A stretch of DNA of 64,000 nt from Octopus bimaculoides (lineage: Eukaryota), in contig NC_068991.1 in the NCBI RefSeq assembly GCF_001194135.2, positions 66,093,621-66,157,620 on the forward strand, given 5' to 3'. The notes beneath the pieces are model-generated. The model had not been told where the DNA came from. It made no database searches and was given only the letters and a program-made list of their open reading frames with translations. Position numbers and translations under genes: made by a program. This document shows positions 25,601 through 37,157 of the stretch, one piece after another. Numbering within the stretch: the stretch's first letter is position 1; every line of letters begins with the position of its first letter.

Positions 25601-28246
25601 CAATCTATCTCTCTTTAATCCTTTAACATACAGATTACTCAAATGTATTGTTTATTTATTCACATTGTTCTGATTTAGTCATGCATTATCTCATACCTTT
25701 GAGATTCTAATGATGTAATTGTTTATTTTTAGAATGACATTGTTCAGCAAGTGTGAGAGGCCAGATCATGTCAGTTTAAACATTAAACAAGTAGAATATT
25801 CGGGATGGATATGACAGTTTAAAGGTTAATCTGTTAAATTTGCAATCTAATATTATTAACAAAATATGAAACCATGAGAAACTTCATTATGAAATGTATC
25901 TGCATATGTATAGAATCCACACTTCCTGCAGCTCACTTGGATATTAGCTACAAAGACTTCAATTCCTCTTGTTGAAAATTTTCCACCCTCAAACACAGAT
26001 TTCCTCTACTGTCCTCCAATTATCAACAACTGTTTGACTGTGTCTCTTCCAGCATTGAAAATATCTTATTTAACTTCACCCTTCTATAAAGTCACTATCC
26101 GCAGTGATTTCAATACTTATAACTCATCTTGGTTTTCATATTCATTCTATACTGACACCACTAATGCAGAAATTGAATCTTTTGTAATCTTCAATTCTCT
26201 ACATGTATTTCTGACCAACACACATCCTTCATCACTTTCTCTCCTCCAAACCCAACCTCTACTCAACTCAAAATCAAACTCATTTCTGCACTTCTCAGAT
26301 CATCCAACATTCACTGCACAGTCCTTTCTTTCCAGAATACTGGCCCTCAGAAATTCCTTCCTCTGTACATGTTTTTCCAGCATTCAAATTATAACAATTT
26401 AAGAGGGACATTAATGTCATCACTCTCACAATCTTAAAGCCTTATGAAGGCCAAGGGCACAGTCCCTTTCCTCAGAGCTTACACGCACACGCACACACAC
26501 AAAGGTGTAGGCATGGCTGTGGTTAAGAAGCTTGCTTCTTAACATGGTTTCAAGTTTAACCCTACAGTGTGGCACCGTGGGCAAGAGTCTTCTACCATAG
26601 TCTTGGGCCAACCAAAGCTTTATGAGTAGATTTGGTAGATGGAAACTGAAAGAGCCCAACATATACGTATATATGTGTATGTATGTATGTGAGTGTGTAT
26701 ATGTTTGTGACTCCTTGTCTTGACAATGCATGATAGTTACAAATGAGTATCAGTGTCACACAAGCAATATTATTTCTAATATTTTGCAAAAAATATGCCT
26801 AGGCATAGGGAAATATTACTGTTTGGAAACAGGTGAGAGTTGGTGACAGGAAAAGCATCTGATCATAGAAAATCTACTACAAATTCTGTCCAACCTATGC
26901 GAACACAGAAAAGTAGATGTTAAAACAATAATGTGGATGACGATGATGATGATTATATATACATCAGCACACTGTACTTATCAATGGTAACTCCTGGTTG
27001 AAAGGATCTTGTTCATTTTACATACTAGAATTTCATCTCCAGCCTCTCTGTTTAGATACTTGTAACATTGCCAAACCATTCATCAATAACTGACATCATC
27101 GTCTACATTTAGAAGAAAACTACCCCTTACTCTAAATGCGTAATGGTTCATTTTGTGTGTCCCAGTTATCTGTACTATTAATGGTTTTACCCAATGCGTA
27201 TAGTCTACATTTCATACAGTTATATAAACACAGCTTTCTTGCATACATCAAATGATATTATGATACCTAATCACTTTATCTACTCATAACTATTTAACTG
27301 CTGTCTAGGTTAAGTCAGTCCTCGATCCAGCAGAATTATGATAAAAGGCATTCCAATCTCAACAATCCAGACTATTATACAAAAGTAGTGGAATTTAGAA
27401 CTACATTATGTTCTTCCTTTTCTTTAAGGGTATAGTTCCAAGAATGTGCAGTTGCTATTTCTAGTAACCAGTAGAACTGCCTGGTTCAAATAGCTTTTGA
27501 AGACAAAGTATAAATGAATTAAGGAAAAGATTGAAATAATGAATTTTTCAAATATGATTTTATGTATGTTGTGTACACACACACATAATAATCAACATTC
27601 ACTTTTCTATGCTTGAATAGGTTGGATTGAGTTTTCTGAGGTAGATTTTCTATGGCTGGATGTCCTTGTTGTCGCCAACAACCTAACTGTTTTCAAGCAA
27701 GGTAATATTTCCCTTTAGCCAGGCATGGTTTTTGCAGAATATTGGAAAGAATGACATTCATTTATCACACAATATCAAGGCAAAAAGATACAAACATATA
27801 CACACACACACATATATATATGCATGACATGCAGGGACATGGCTTTGTGGTTTCAATTCCTGGGCTAGGTGATGTGTTGTGTTCTTGAGCAAAACACTTC
27901 ATTTCACATTGCTCCAGTCCACCCAGCTGGCAAAAATGAATAATCCTGCAATGGATCAGTATGCCATCCAGGGAAGAATACATACGTCACAGAATCTAGG
28001 AAACCAGCCTTATGAGCCTAGGAGTTGGGAAGAACCTTTGATCCTGTTGTTTCATATATATATTATGACAAGTGTCTTTCAAATCCACTCACAAGGTTTT
28101 GGCCAGCCCAGGACTATGGTAAAAGACATTTGACCGAGGTGCCATGCCATAGGATTGAGCCTGAAACTATGTGGTCCAGTAGCAAACTTTTTAACCACAC
28201 TAATTTGACTGACAGCCAAAGATCAAAACCAACAGACCACATCATC

Positions 28247-28311
<65 letters not shown>

Positions 28312-28485
28312 ATGAACATTGTGTGTGTACACAGCATGCACACACAAAACCATGGTCAAAGGTCTGAATAAAAACAGAAATAAGGTCATGAAGATAAAAA
28401 AATAAGGAATGTATTTTCTGATAAAAGAAGCAGATAAATTGAGAACAGTTAACTAAAAGTACAAACATCAATATCATCCTGCTTG

Positions 28486-28770
28486 ATACTTGGTATGGAA
28501 TTCCTCTGCCTGCAATACAGCAGTAATGCAGTCAGGCATGATTTCAAACAATTTTTTGCAGTAATCTGCAGCTATTTCCTGCAACGTCTGCTATTTTAAA
28601 TCTGAAATTGCTGAAGCGTTATAAGCTGCAATTTGCATTTTGATGTGACCCTTTGCATTTTCTGTAAGGTTCAAGTCAGGATTTGATTCTGTCTATCAAC
28701 CAAATTAGTTCTGAGCCAGTTTTTCACATATTTTGCAGAATGCCATGGTGTACCATCCTGTTGGAATATA
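28486..28770 (-). mobile_element. Tc1 transposase C-terminal fossil
   Basis: Minus strand: IFQQDGTPWHSAKYVKNWL, frameshift, then PDLNLTEN...YCKKLFEIMPDCITAVLQAEEFHTKY (cf. FQQDNAPxH, SPDLNPIEN, MPxRIxAVLxAxGxxTKY). Confidence 0.8.
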
Positions 28771-28794
28771 GCGCTGTTATGGATGAGTATATGA

Positions 28795-28950
28795 GTAGGC
28801 AACTTAGCAAAATCATCACAGAATGAAGATTAAAACTAGCAAGCTACATACTCCAGCTACCAGACCAATGTCATTCTAAAGTAGCTTTCAAATGGACTTC
28901 ACCGGAGGGAAAAAGAAAGAGAGGAAGACCGAATACTATAAGGAACAGTA
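28795..28950 (+). mobile_element. RTE-class LINE ORF2 C-terminal fragment
   Basis: LSKIITE*RLKLASYILQLPD...KVAFKWTSPEGKRKRGRP, the W..xGKRKRGRP motif typical of RTE ORF2 ends. Confidence 0.7.
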
Positions 28951-29399
28951 ACCGATATTTGTAACCGATATGAGAGCAGTATAATATTGATGTTTGTATT
29001 TTTAGTTCACATGACTAGATGCAGAGAAAGCTACAGCCAACAGGAACCAATGGCATCAACTTACTGCCCGATGTGCTTCAGAGCCCAGGAGGAACTAATA
29101 CTGATATGAGTAGACAACTTCTTCAGTAATATCCTGGTAGGTTTTAGGGTTTATAGCTTTAACTTGAGACATTATCCAAATGCTAGCTCTTATTTTTGCA
29201 TATCACAATTGATGGGCATTGCTTCACACTTGCAAGTATACACTTAGTACATACTTTGAGTTCATTAGACACAAATTATTTAACAAATGCTTTGTTACTA
29301 ATCTGTTAGTCTGTTAGCATTTAAACTGACAATATCTGACCCAAATATTCAGTCTGCTTCATTTTCAAACTGGCCAGATCTGGCCTCTCACACCTATCC

Positions 29400-30089
29400 T
29401 ACGTGGTCTGACCAATAAGTATCCTGACTGTCGCTATAGTAATGAAGCTAAAGCACGGAGAGTAAAGCTGCTTGGCAAAGATTGGCCTTGAACTCTGCTG
29501 TGCATGCACACCAAGCTTTAACGTTCCAGCTCACTTCTGCTGTTTACAGCAGTGCTTGAAAGGAAGGTGTGTAGCGTGCGATCGTCACATTGGCCATGAC
29601 AGAGAAAGCTGTTGTGGCAATACCTGCCCAGAGGCTTACACTAAGTTGCAGAAATTGTATGGAGAGGAGTGTGAGAGCCACACACAAGTGTACAAGTGGT
29701 TCCAACATTTCAAAGATGGCCGAAAAAAATGTTGATATTGATGAACGTTCTGGGAGACCCACAACCAGCAGAACTGAGAAAAACATGGCAAATGTGCATG
29801 CAGCTATGAGGGGAAATCATCAAATCACCATGCATGAGTTATCAGAGGATGTGCAGATTAGTTACAGTTCAGTTCAGTCCATTATCACAGAAGATTTGGG
29901 TAGGAGACGCATGTCTGCCAAGTTTGTGTCAAAACTGCTTTCAGCTGACAAAAAAGGTACTTGGGTCTCAGTTGCACAAGATCTTAACTGTGTCGAGAAC
30001 AATGAAAACTTTTTGAAAACTTCGCGTAGGCTTCTGAACAGGTTATTGCCAAGCTTTTGACAAAATTTGATGCAAATTCTCTACTCAAC
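29400..30089 (+). mobile_element. Mariner fossil (left TIR, HTH region, inverted partial copy) inserted in a MITE at TA
   Basis: TA+cgtggtctgaccaataagtatcctgactg TIR. Transposase pieces: EAYTKLQKLYGEE...VYKWFQHFKDGR and DERSGRPTTS...SAKFVSKLL. Left flank is MITE sequence cut at cacctatccTA. Confidence 0.85.
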
Positions 30090-30159
30090 ATAATTGAAAA
30101 CAACGTGAATAAATAAATAAAACCCTGACAACACCATCATCACTTTTAAAATTCACTTA

Positions 30160-30385
30160 TCAATGCTCGGACAGGTCAGATGGAATTTGTTGAGACAGAT
30201 TTTCCATGGCTGGATGCCCTTCCTGTTGCCAATCCTCACCTGTCTCCAAGTAAGATAATATTTTCTTGTGGGTGGACAGGTTTAGACAGATACTTGGAAA
30301 CAAAGGGTACTGCTTGTATGACAGTGACACTTATTTACAACATTCATGGGACGTGAAGACAAGGAGACACGAACTCACACACAGA
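30160..30385 (-). mobile_element. Older SINE/RTE-tail variant (ggaaacaggtgagg.ttggc.acaggaagggcatcc type)
   Basis: Same sequence at approx. 6225-6430-, 7700-7980+, 27600-27790-, 48580-48790-, 51425-51590-, 63180-63365-. Confidence 0.7.
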
Positions 30386-31373
30386 CAGACAAAACACACA
30401 ATGGTCTTCTTTCAGTTTTCACCTACCAAATGCTCTCACAAGACTTTAGTCTATGCAGTGAGAATGAACCTGGAACCAAGTGGTTGGGAAGCCAGCTTCT
30501 TAACCACACAGCCATGCCAGAGTAATCTAAATGCTACAGAGTTAAAGAAGTCTTCTTTAACCTAATTTTTTTAATCACCCAACAAGACTGAAAACAAACC
30601 CAAGGCATGTTTTTTGACCCTGAGACGCTGGTAATTTTTGCTGTATGTTTTGCAATGAGATTGAAATCTTCCCACAATCAATATCTTATTGCATTTTGCT
30701 TTGCTGACAACTGTGCTTCAATGGCACTGCTAAATGTAAGTGGGATGCAGTACAAAGGCACCGAATCATACACATACAGTGAGTTTGCACAGTTGTGGCA
30801 CAAGGTCAGCCAGATCTGCCAAATGATTTGTATCCACTTGTCTGAGAATATTGAGAAGCTTTGTGGACAGCACCAGCACCAGCACCGCCACCAGATAAAT
30901 TTAACTGAGCTGATATCTTCTGGAATGTGAGCCTATTGCTATGTAAAACAATAATTTGAGACAATTCCATAAATTTATAAAATATTGATATAAGCCGCTG
31001 TATCTTAAATGTCATGTAGAAGTTGAAATTATAAAAATATTTCATCATTTATGTAACATAATACATAATATAAACTAACTTAATTACTTGCAAATATCAT
31101 CATCGTTTAGCATCTGCTCTCTATGCAGGCATGGGTTGGATGGTTTGATATGGAACTGGCAAGCAGAGTGCTGTCCAGACTACAGCTGTCTGTTGAAGCA
31201 TTGTTTCTATGGCTAGATGCCCTTCTTAACACCAACCAATTAACAGTGGTTTAGGTGCTTTTTACGTGCCACTAGTAGACGATTTACTTTTTATCTCTAT
31301 ATCAAAAAATATTTCACAAAATTCTAAATTTCCTCAATGTATTCAAACGTTTGACAAGAACCATCAATCTATC

Positions 31374-31422
<49 letters not shown>

Positions 31423-32442
31423 GAAAAGCAGAGAGATAACTATGGACAACTGCTTTGTAACCTCCAGCTTTTATATCCAGATTACAAATTTATATTTAAA
31501 TCACTCATAATTGGTGCAGTTGGTTTTGTGAGCAAATGCCTAGCTGACAGTCTGGATAAACTTGGATTTCCAGAAAAAGAAACCAGTCAACTTCTATATT
31601 ACAAATACAATCTATAAATGGAATGGTAAAAATATGCAAGACTTTTCTCTAGTTTAAAATATGGTATTGTTTTCATTATCTACATTCCAACAATGGAGAT
31701 CTGTATGTTAGTTAGAAACCAGCTCCTTTCCCAGAGGAAGGGCTTAAATAATCAAAATCAGAAGAGAACATACATAAATACAATCATGCATGCATGCATG
31801 CATACATTAATTTTAATGTCCATGCTTGCATGGGTTAGACAAATATGTTGCTGTTTTTCAGGTGGGTACCCTTCTTGTTGTCAACCTTTTTCTGTTTTCA
31901 AGATCTCTCTTATTTCACAGAGCTCCAAGTGAATAATTCGTTAGCAAGAGAATTACAACAGAAACACTGCTCACATGTTGCAACTTTCATACAAGTGAAC
32001 ACAAACACACACACACACACACACATATGAGAGTCCTCTTATGATTTCCACATACCAAATCCACTTACAAGGCTTTGGATGATATGGGACTACAGTAGTA
32101 GACATTTGTCCAAGGTGCTGCACAGCGAGACTGATCCTGAAGCCATACAGTTGAGACCTTAACCACACAACCATATATGTAAAGTTAGTACCATGAAAAA
32201 ACACACCCAGTACCTTCTGAAAGTGGGGGTGGGGTAATAACTGAATAGGAATTTAGACAGTGACAACCCACACAATCCATGCCAGCATGGAAATGCAAAT
32301 ATAAAATGATAATTAGATTGTGTGAGTGTGTGTATCTATATACACATGCGCCAAAAACTTGAAAGTATCTCACATGAAATACAATCATGCATCACCCTTA
32401 TATTTTCAGTAGACATGGAAAAAAAGAAAGCCTTCAACTTAC

Positions 32443-32540
32443 ATGCTTTGAGGTGATTCCGCAGATAATGCAACAGCAGGGTCCAAATGTATCTTATATG
32501 GACGTCCATATACCCGTAAAAATTGAGTAGGGTCCTGTTT
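32443..32540 (-). CDS. CLASRP: CLASRP coding exon (1st found), 98 nt, KQDPTQFLRVYGRPYKIHLDPAVALSAESPQS(M)
   Basis: Acceptor ttttttctttcttacag, donor gtaagt. Phase 0 in, phase 2 out. Resembles human KKDPAQFLQVHGRACKVHLDSAVALAAESPVNM (recalled). Confidence 0.95.
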
Positions 32541-34109
32541 CTGTAAGAAAGAAAAAAAAAAATCAAAATCAAATAAACATAAGCTACAGCTTGTGAATCT
32601 TTTTTCTGCCATAAAGTTTTAATCTTACCTCATTTTCTCCAGTCTATAATCTTACAATGGTAGTGCCTTGTTATTACATCTTTACAGTTTACTTATAAAA
32701 TAGCAGCCCTTGTAATAATTTTTTTAACTAACGCTAGCCAACCAAAGGAAGACATACCAGTAATATAAGTTTACATATGATACCTACACCTGAATATATC
32801 AATGAATTCTTCCCACTAGCAATTCATTAAATATCTTTAAAGAAGAGATCTGTACTTTAGTATTCAGTAAGACATGAAGACTTTGCTTTGAAGGTTCAAC
32901 TAATTGAGACCAACATACTGGAATATTTATAATTTATAAGTATGGGTTATCTTTTTTTTTTTTTTTTTTTTTTTTTTNNNNNNNNNNTTTTTCTTTTTTT
33001 TTTCAGTCATTGGACTATGGCCATGCTGTGGTCCAATGACTGAAAGAAGGCAGTGTCCCAGCATGTGTGAAGGGTCTAGTCAAGCAAATTGACCCCAGCA
33101 CTTCTTTTCGAGTCTAGTACTTAACAGTTTGGTAAAAAGAGATCAATAAACTAAGTTATGGGGATGTAAACAAACCAACAGCAGTTGACAAGCACACACA
33201 CACACACACACACAGTGGACTTCCACACAGTTTCTGTCAACTAAATCTACTCACAAGGCCTTGGTCAACCTGCAACCCTGCAACTATAATAGAAGACACT
33301 TGCTCACGGTGCCATGCAGTGGAACTGAACCTGAAACAATGTGGTTGCAAGGCAAGCTTCTTAACCACACAGCCATGCCCACTTCTGTGTAAGAATTCGA
33401 GTGACGAGGTTCAGGTGAGACAACCTCAGTAACATGTTCGTTAACCCAATGTTAACGACAATAAACATCATTAAATACTGGCATACTAACTTTTTTCTTT
33501 TCCTTTTTTTTTCTAACGAAATTTTCATCTTTATAATTAATGACAGTATGCTGACTGAATCTTGAACATTTCTAATATTTTTGTATCTAGAGTGTTGGAA
33601 GCAAATATATTTATAAATTACAGAGTGTCTTTTATCAAGAGTAACCATTCAACTGTGGAGAAAATTTTTAATGCTTATTTCAGTTAGGTAGACTGAAGCA
33701 AGCAGACTAACGACTAACGTGTAGTGCTTAAGAACTAAGCACAATGAATGATATAAATGGAAGCTGGAAACCAGGTCAACCAGACTCTGCTTGCTGAGAG
33801 CCTATCTCTATTACTTCACATTTGCTGTACTTCTACACAATACTTCTAAAGAAGAAGAAAATTTTTTTAATCCCAACCCAGTAATGAATGCATCATGCTA
33901 CCAAAACAGGAGAAATTATGAAAATCAAAGAATACAAAATATGTTTACAATGTTTCACTTTCCAAAGAAGCAAATTCATCTTTTTTGTAACTCTTCATTC
34001 ATATTCTATATTTTCTTGTCATTCAATTGTAATTAACTGCATAATGAACTTTTTTGTTTTCTTTGGGTTTTTTTTTGTATTAAGTTAAATGAATTTTTGT
34101 GTGTGTGTA

Positions 34110-34173
<64 letters not shown>

Positions 34174-34289
34174 GGAGAGAGAGAGGGAGAGAGAAAGAGA
34201 GAGAAAGCACACACACATATATATACACCACATTAAGTTCCTTACATTTGATCTTAATATGAAGAGATGCTGAAGTGATGCCTTATCCC

Positions 34290-34510
34290 TAAAACTTGGG
34301 TCTTCTTGAAACGGAGTGTGAGACCAAATAGGAATAGGGCACAAGCTCTAGAGAATCTGTCCTTAAGATTTTGTAAGCTTTCTGCAGAGTTTGAGGAAAC
34401 AGTTGTATCATCAGCAAACAGTAGGTCTCCAATGATAACTTTCCTTATCTTAGTTTTGACCTTTAGTTCGACAATACTAAAAAAAAACCAGTCAACAGCT
34501 CTCAAGTAAA
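34290..34510 (-). mobile_element. RTE (BovB-like) reverse transcriptase fragment
   Basis: LKVKTKIRKVIIGDLLFADD...LQNLKDRFSRAC..FGLT..KKTQV, the FADD motif in a BovB-like context. Confidence 0.8.
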
Positions 34511-36566
34511 TGAAAATAGACACCATTGGCTGAAAACTCCGAGTTTCAAGAACAATACAAAAAAAGATAGCAAAAAGTGCTGTGGTAAGGATACATTTTT
34601 CTCTCAACTCTTCACTTCACATTCTTTGGGTGTAGATACTTCATATCACACAGTACTCATCATACTATACTAACATGGAAAGACCTCATAATGCTTAGCA
34701 GCATAAGTAGGCAACTAATGAGTGGTAAAATCTTAAATAGGCTGTTTCTACCTAGAGGTGCTTGACAGTTTTTTGCTAGGATAATAAAGGTGAGATATAG
34801 TGGCTGATTCTACTCCTGACACTTTTCTTGAGGCAGGCACATAGAATAGAAATATGACTATGGTGGACCTATTGGTGCAGAAGCCACATTGCAACTCAGG
34901 ATATATTCCATCTGCAAGTTTCAGTAAAGTTATTTAAATAAAGAATTTCTCGACTAAACTGTAATTATTGCAATCAGTTTTGTCAGCTCTGTTCTTGCAG
35001 TGTGACAATATTGGTATCCTACATAACCTGTGGAACTGCATTCTCTTTCCAACATTGACTGGAGAGCTTGTAGAGGTGTTCAAGCAAGACTGGATAACCA
35101 TTTTTGAAAACCTCAGCTAAAATACAATTTTTCCCAGAACAATGTGTCCAGTCATATTATTACTCTATGGTAGACAATTTATCCACTTCACTGGGAGATG
35201 TTTAATTCGTGTACAAAACATCAAACTCCCCCTCTCGGTATTGCTAATAATTTCCAAAGGAAAAATGTAACAGATTAACAGATTAACTGTAGTAGCTGAC
35301 AGTAGTGTTGAGTACAACACTAGACTATCTATGAAAATTCAGAGTTTCTTTCAGGATTTACTCCAACAGATTTATCTAAAGCAAAGGTAACAAGACAATA
35401 TTTAAACCATAGCTGGAAATTTGTTGATGAGCAGCATGACATTTCATATACCAGTGAGCCCACAGGTTATATTACTAGGAGCAGACCATTCCTGAATCCC
35501 TGATAAGTTCGGCTTGGGAACACAAAGAAGTATTACCTAATGTTTGTTGCTGAAAAAGCTATGGGCTGGCAAGGAGAGATACACTCAGCCATTCCTCTCA
35601 TAGTAACAAGCCACCAATGAAGAGTTAGAGACAAGAAAGTGACAAGCATCCAACTTGCATTATGCATGTCTGTGTGTGTTTGGGTCCATACAAATAATGA
35701 TGATTGCTTAAGCATTGAATACAATCTCTTTAGTCTTGTAGACACTGAGGATGCTATAGGATTATGGCTCGATAAAGCTGAGGAGAGAACTAGACAGAGG
35801 TAATGAGCTAGGTTTAATTCAAGTGCAACCCTATCCTGATAGAGAAATCACAACCAGATGCCAATGGGGCTTCCTGTTTGTGTCAGTCTGGCCTTCATAC
35901 TAAATCAGATCATGAACAGTGAAATCAGAAATTTAGAAAACTTGGTTTGAACATGACTAAAACCAAGACATTAGGTGCTAAAAGGATTGAAGTCAATTAA
36001 AGTTATAACTGTTTTAATACAGGACAGAAGTAGACAGAAATTCAGTACTGTATGATTAAGAGGAAGATAACAGTTGAAATGAGAGCTACAAGGAAGAACT
36101 GAAGAGAACTTACACTTTACACATTAGAGTAGCCAACAACCACTAAATGAAATCTATGACCTTCTCAAATGGAATGGAGAGGCATAGTTATGTTTCATTT
36201 ACTTGGGGGACATAATTAGTATAGTTAGAGCAGACTGGAAGGAACACAACAGTAAAAGAGGAGCAATAAATGTGGAGAGGCAACAGTGATTATAGAATAA
36301 CAAATAAAGCCAAGGTGGTGTGAGAATAAGGTGAGGCAGCAATTGGTTATTAAAGGAAAATACATAATATTTGTTGAATAATGATGGTTTCAAATTTTTG
36401 CACAATGCCAGAAGTTTTATAGGAAGATTGAGTTAATTATATTAACCCCAGTGCTCAACTGGTACTTATTTTATCAACCCTAAAAGGAATGAAAGGGAAA
36501 GTTGACCTCAGCAGAATCTGAACTCAGACTGTGGAGAGCCAGAAAAAAAGCAACATGTTTTTAGCT

Positions 36567-37157
36567 ATGTGGTCAAGGTTACACTGTGTTGACCAGGATG
36601 ATCCTAATGTAAATAAGAAAGACAAAATATGTAAGTCATGGCCAATTATTGATTATATCTTGCCATGGTTTCAAAAATATTTTGTGCTTGAATGTGAGCA
36701 AGATGAAGGCATGATTCTGACCAAAAACGCCTTATCCATAAAGCAATACATCAAAGACAAACCCATCCATTGAGGCTTAAAGACATTCTTGCTAGCAGAC
36801 AGTGCAAATAGTTACATTGTCGAATGAATAAAGAAATTTTAAATGAGTTAAGAAATTGCTTAACCCCATCTTATTGGTTGAAACAATTATATACCAAGGT
36901 GAGCAACTCATCTTTTGTCTTGTGGCAAATTTTCCAGATACAGTTTGGCACAACAAAGTACAACATTGGAGATAAATTAGTGAGAAAAGACTTGAACATC
37001 TTGTATTCTATCATTTTCCACCATTTTGTACCCTTGTGTTGTGAAACAAGCAGGTCTTTCAGCATATATTCTAGAATTAAACATTTTCAGTGAAATTTGC
37101 TGAGAGCTTAGGGTGGGACATACAATTCCTGTGGGTGGTTCGGGTTCAAAGGGTTAA
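36567..37157 (+). mobile_element. piggyBac transposon fossil with right terminus
   Basis: DKICKSWPIIDY...DEGMI...SIKQYIKDKPIH*GLKTFLLADSANSY (cf. DExMI, KQYxxxKPxxWGxK). A C-terminal VPLC..RSFSIY remnant follows. Ends ...AAAGGG|TTAA at 37148-37157. Confidence 0.8.
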
